In this document: one piece after another, positions 60,144-64,000 of the stretch
Numbering within the stretch: position 1 is the stretch's first letter
How the letters are laid out: every line of letters begins with the position of its first letter
DNA from: an uncultured Nitrososphaeraceae archaeon
GTDB lineage: Archaea; Thermoproteota; Nitrososphaeria; Nitrososphaerales; Nitrososphaeraceae
Assembly (NCBI GenBank): GCA_963825865.1
Contig: CAWGVG010000014.1
Span: forward strand, 32,001-96,000
DNA length: 64,000 bases
Direction: 5' to 3'
The notes under the pieces: generated by a model
Databases searched by the model: none
What the model saw: the letters and a program-made list of their open reading frames with translations, nothing else
Told to the model about the DNA's origin: nothing
Made by a program: the position numbers and the translations under genes

Positions 60144-61184
60144 ATGATTAACTTGTTAAACGGCTCATCAATAGTATTTATACATGCAGGGATTCTCTCT
60201 TTAGAATCAATAATAGCGGAATTATTGCATTCAAGTCTCAACATTCCTTCCTTAGCTATTGCAGCTATTAGCATTCCTATAGCTGGAGCAACATTATTAT
60301 CCTCTTTCATATTAACGACTAAGAAAAAGAGTAACAAATTTACAGTTTTCAAACTATGGAAAGTTTTAATTCCTGCCTCGATCTTTCTTGCAATTGGAAT
60401 TTTTACATGGTATGATTCAGTCAGCAGGATAGGTGCTTCAAAGGATGGCCTACTTGCCGGTCCGCTAGAAACGGTTACAATTTTATTCCTTGCAAGATTT
60501 TTTTTAGGCGATAGACTAAGTAAGTCGCAGAGCCTTGGAGTAATACTTGCATTAGTAGGTTTTTTTGTGACTCTCGAAAATGGAAGCATGTTTTCACAAT
60601 TAAAATCATCTGTATTTACTATCGGAGATATTGAAGCAATAATATCGTCTATTACGTTTGCAACTGGCTATGTTTTTACAACTAAATTGGTTAGAACGTG
60701 TTCCACTATTGAGGTAACAGGTTCTTGCCTCTTGTTTTCAGGCTTGATTTTAATCGCAATATTTTCTATGTCCGTTGTGAGTGATGGTAGATTTTCATTT
60801 CCTTCTTTTAATTTAACTTGGATATCACTACAAAATTGTACATTACTGATGCTATTTTCGTTGGTCCCTCTATCTTCAGCTTTATTTTACAATATGGGTT
60901 TAAATAAAATTGGAGCTTCGCTTACATCTACTATCGCATCGTCGACTATATTGCTAACAATAATCTTCCAAGTTTCCTTGTATGAGCTTGGAATTAACAG
61001 CATATTGCCACTCGATATTCCAATAGCAATCACAGGAGCCATTTTAGGAATTTTTGGCATATGTATAGTTCACATGAACAATATTGTATTATTTATTAGA
61101 TTTTGGCATATGTGCAAAACACCTTTTAAAAAGCTAATTGCTGTGGAAAACGTATCAGCTACTGCAATAAAAATGAGATCATAA
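60144..61184 (+). CDS. DMT/EamA-family transporter
   Basis: About 10 TM segments in two repeats; SRIGASKDGLLAGPLE, LGDRLS, GDIEAII and GLNKIGAS motifs. Confidence 0.88.
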   Translation: MINLLNGSSIVFIHAGILSLESIIAELLHSSLNIPSLAIAAISIPIAGATLLSSFILTTKKKSNKFTVFKLWKVLIPASIFLAIGIFTWYDSVSRIGASKDGLLAGPLETVTILFLARFFLGDRLSKSQSLGVILALVGFFVTLENGSMFSQLKSSVFTIGDIEAIISSITFATGYVFTTKLVRTCSTIEVTGSCLLFSGLILIAIFSMSVVSDGRFSFPSFNLTWISLQNCTLLMLFSLVPLSSALFYNMGLNKIGASLTSTIASSTILLTIIFQVSLYELGINSILPLDIPIAITGAILGIFGICIVHMNNIVLFIRFWHMCKTPFKKLIAVENVSATAIKMRS

Positions 61185-61622
61185 ACTTATCGAGGAGATA
61201 ATACAAAATAATATCGAAAACATTATCTGAAGGAAAAAGTGCCAAGTACAATATACATATTGCTAATATATATAGATTTAAAAGCCAAACAGCAACTTGT
61301 ATAGCAAATAAACCATTTTTCCAAATAACACACGTCTCGGTATCTTTGGTTCACTTTTCAAACTTAATAGGTACACCTTTATAGTTCGTTCTTATTTTTT
61401 TGACCCTTTCCTTTGAAACTTTCCAATATACTTTTTTAGTGTGTGTTTTCCCGCGCCTAACTGTTATATTTCGTACCATTTGCGTATACATTTATCAGTT
61501 ATCAACCTGAGGCATTACATTACCTAATCCGGATAAAATTTCACATTATGTCTAATTTTTAACAAATCACCTAAAACAATATCAGATATATTTTTATATT
61601 ATACCCTTCTACGGAGATTTAA

Positions 61623-62117
61623 ATGGTTTCTTACCAGGAGGTTATACTTGTATTATCTGATAGTAGAACAATGAATCTATTCAGAGGTATTGCCCATACA
61701 AATCATATTGGCGATATAACAAATCTAAGACTTACTCGCAAGCAGTATTACTCAAGGCTGTCTGAGTTGATAAAGTCTGGTTTGATACATAGAAAAAAAG
61801 GCAAATATTTCCTTACAACATTTGGAAAAATAGTTTTTGATGCTCTAACGCATGTTCAACAGAAAATTGAATATGCAATAACTAATATTTGGAAACTTAA
61901 GGCAATCGACTCTCTAGAAGCATATCAGGAGCCATCTAAAGAAGAGCTTGAGACAATTATTGACGCCTTATTAGGCAACAACAATAACGACATAAAGAGG
62001 ATAATAATAAAAGAAGAGAATTCATCATCACATAATATAATTGCAGAAGGAATGCAAGGGGTTAACAACAATACGGAGATGGCCAAAAAAAATAATGTCT
62101 ACAAAAATGAATTCTGA
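61623..62117 (+). CDS. Winged-helix (ArsR-like) DNA-binding protein
   Basis: LRLTRKQYYSRLSELIKSGLIHRKKGKYFLTTFGK...WKLKAIDS. Confidence 0.85.
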   Translation: MVSYQEVILVLSDSRTMNLFRGIAHTNHIGDITNLRLTRKQYYSRLSELIKSGLIHRKKGKYFLTTFGKIVFDALTHVQQKIEYAITNIWKLKAIDSLEAYQEPSKEELETIIDALLGNNNNDIKRIIIKEENSSSHNIIAEGMQGVNNNTEMAKKNNVYKNEF

Positions 62118-63057
62118 ATGTCTGTCTATCCTAGAGGAGCTAGAATATATTTCTGTAGCTCCCAGGTCTGATCAAATTATTTCCGACATCATAATAAAAT
62201 GTCTTGAACAAATTGGAAAATCATATTCTAAAGCCATATTGTATAATATATGTTCACTCAACAATCTATCAGAATACGAGTTATTAACAAACTATGATTT
62301 ATTTGAAAAATCATTGAACAGTGCATTAGGTAAGGCAGGAAATGCAATTCTTAATATTATTAAAAAGGAAATTCTAACATATGCTGTAATGTCAGAGTCA
62401 GGTATTACAGTAGGGGAAATTCTAAATCCGTCTCTTAAAATTAGTGATGTTGTAAAATTTATCCACGAGGCAGAGATATTTGATTTTGTGAGGAACATGG
62501 GATCTCATCATCATACCATATTGTTATACTCAAAAGAAAATTTCAGAAATAAAATATCGGAGCAGTTCTTGAATTCTAGAAAATCCGGATTTAGCGCTTA
62601 TCATCCAAAGGCTGGTCTTTTATCTAATCAAACCATAAAGAAGAATATCAACCCTAGTATAGTTAACAGTTTGTCATTTGAGAAACTATTTCAGCCGACA
62701 ATAAATAAGACATCAATACAGAAATTATTGTACTGGATAGCCAAATCGCATTCATTAAATAAATCACAAGAAGATGTAGATTATAAATCAACAACAAGAG
62801 TTGTAGGAGATGGTACTTGGTGGTTAGAAAACAGCAACGTTGAGTGGCTAGTATCTTTTGAAAAGTTAATTAATAAATACAAAGCTGCCAATAATATGTC
62901 TATGTTATGCGCATTTGATATTTCAAAGATATCCGTATCAAATATGAGCACGACAATGAAACAAATAATTTCATACCACGATAGTGTGATTACAGATAAC
63001 CCATTTGCCATCTATAATAGTAGAACACCAAAAACGAAAATTAGGGCGAGACATTGA
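62095..63057 (+). CDS. Protein with N-terminal helical (DUF3227/NitrOD-like) domain and C-terminal MEDS-like sensory domain
   Basis: CLEQIGKSYSKAILYNI...FEKSLNSALG; MEDS-like HHHTILLY, TRVVGD..WW, SFEKLIN, SMLCAFD and IISYHDSVI. Overlaps both neighbouring genes. Confidence 0.7.
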   Translation: MSTKMNSECLSILEELEYISVAPRSDQIISDIIIKCLEQIGKSYSKAILYNICSLNNLSEYELLTNYDLFEKSLNSALGKAGNAILNIIKKEILTYAVMSESGITVGEILNPSLKISDVVKFIHEAEIFDFVRNMGSHHHTILLYSKENFRNKISEQFLNSRKSGFSAYHPKAGLLSNQTIKKNINPSIVNSLSFEKLFQPTINKTSIQKLLYWIAKSHSLNKSQEDVDYKSTTRVVGDGTWWLENSNVEWLVSFEKLINKYKAANNMSMLCAFDISKISVSNMSTTMKQIISYHDSVITDNPFAIYNSRTPKTKIRARH

Positions 63058-63896
63058 AAACACAACAGGAATTAAATGTAAAGACAGTTCGTAGGAAGCT
63101 TGTTTTTGCATTGATTGTGTGTATTATAGTAACTGACTCTCTCATTGCATTTACACCACAAGAAAACAGGCTTGTTGTTGGTGATATTGTAGTTCCAACC
63201 TCTATAATTATTGCAACAGCTCTTTCACTAATAGTAGTGTACAGACAAAAGATGGATGGCTTAATTGGAAAGGCTTATGCTTTTCTTGCATTAGGATTAA
63301 CGTTATGGTGTATTGCTGAGATCCTTTGGAGCATTACTGAGCTTGTGCTCGGACAGAAAAGGCCATTTCCATCTGTTTCAGACGGTTTATGGTTAGTAGC
63401 GTACGGACCTCTAATATATTATGCTTTTCGCATGTATAATGCCTTTCATAAAAGTTCTTCGAGCAAATTTAGTATCGTTTTGGTATCCATAGGCGTTGCA
63501 GCCTATCTATTATATACAATACCATTGACTGCTTCTACATTTGAACTTTCTAAACAAGATGATTTCTATTTATTCTTAATCAGCATATCATATTCAATTT
63601 TAGATATGGTCTTCATTTTTCCTGCGTCATTGATAATTCTGAATGCTCCAAAGAGAGGAATAGGAGGAGATTTAACATCCATTCCATGGATATTTTTAGC
63701 CATGGTTGTTATTGCTGTTGCCGATATCGTTTTTGGATTTACTTCTGTTGCCGGTTTGGATAGATTAGAGTGGACATCTACTCCAATCTACTCAGCGGGT
63801 TACCTTCTGATGGCTGTTGGATTATTTTGGCATAATAGATTTTTTATATTCGACGAAAAGAAAGTAAATGAAAATTGGCAGAAAGAAAATCGGTAG
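63054..63896 (+). CDS. Stand-alone multi-TM membrane sensor-like protein (7-8 TM, no cytoplasmic output domain)
   Basis: GLTLWCIAEILW, PFPSVSDGLWLVAY, SYSILD and VADIVF match membrane modules usually fused to His kinases or diguanylate cyclases; TTGA overlap with the upstream gene. Confidence 0.75.
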   Translation: MKTQQELNVKTVRRKLVFALIVCIIVTDSLIAFTPQENRLVVGDIVVPTSIIIATALSLIVVYRQKMDGLIGKAYAFLALGLTLWCIAEILWSITELVLGQKRPFPSVSDGLWLVAYGPLIYYAFRMYNAFHKSSSSKFSIVLVSIGVAAYLLYTIPLTASTFELSKQDDFYLFLISISYSILDMVFIFPASLIILNAPKRGIGGDLTSIPWIFLAMVVIAVADIVFGFTSVAGLDRLEWTSTPIYSAGYLLMAVGLFWHNRFFIFDEKKVNENWQKENR

Positions 63897-64000
63897 ATTG
63901 TTCCCGTGTGTAATGGAGATTAAAGATACCGATCGCCAGAGATATAGATTGAATAGCATAACGAAAAAAAAGATTTACCATTATTTTCATATTTTTAATT

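Noticed and set aside
55190-63950. Diverged repeat pairs as diversity-generating retroelement TR/VR pairs
   Set aside because: Differences include indels and all base types rather than adenine-specific changes, and there is no reverse transcriptase in the window.

Overview
AT-rich chromosomal segment that most likely comes from an ammonia-oxidising archaeon (Nitrososphaerota/Thaumarchaeota, probably soil Nitrososphaeraceae). The inference rests on gene content: proteasome beta, separate Kae1 and Bud32, aIF-2beta, class II HMG-CoA reductase, zinc-type ferredoxin, an intron-containing tRNA, a bacterial-type grpE-dnaK-dnaJ operon, and short IS6/IS5 elements. Many essential genes carry single-base frameshifts, so the sequence looks like an imperfectly polished long-read assembly; I merged split ORFs where homology allowed. 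Layout: 1-1.0 kb, a foreign-looking RHH/Met-Gly-Gln-rich ORF; 1-36 kb, mostly housekeeping genes (leuCD, psmB, bud32/kae1, ychF, a catalytically degenerate PurF paralogue, hisG-D-C-HAD-B-H-A-F, hmgA, a CBS4-HPF ribosome hibernation factor, a two-intron tRNA-Ser, an ArsA-HSP20 ATPase, ferredoxin, aIF-2beta, a secreted protein with a very long Gly-rich tract, grpE-dnaK-dnaJ); 36-64 kb, an IS-rich accessory island with a surface-glycan locus, a tailspike-like beta-helix protein, an IS6 nested in another IS6 with both target duplications intact, secreted RTX proteins and an arginine decarboxylase. The best candidate for an undescribed system is at 55-64 kb: a translationally coupled winged-helix / MEDS-domain / stand-alone multi-TM sensor operon with no kinase in the window. 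Each of its three genes has a second or third decayed copy nearby, arranged around pdaD and an EamA exporter.
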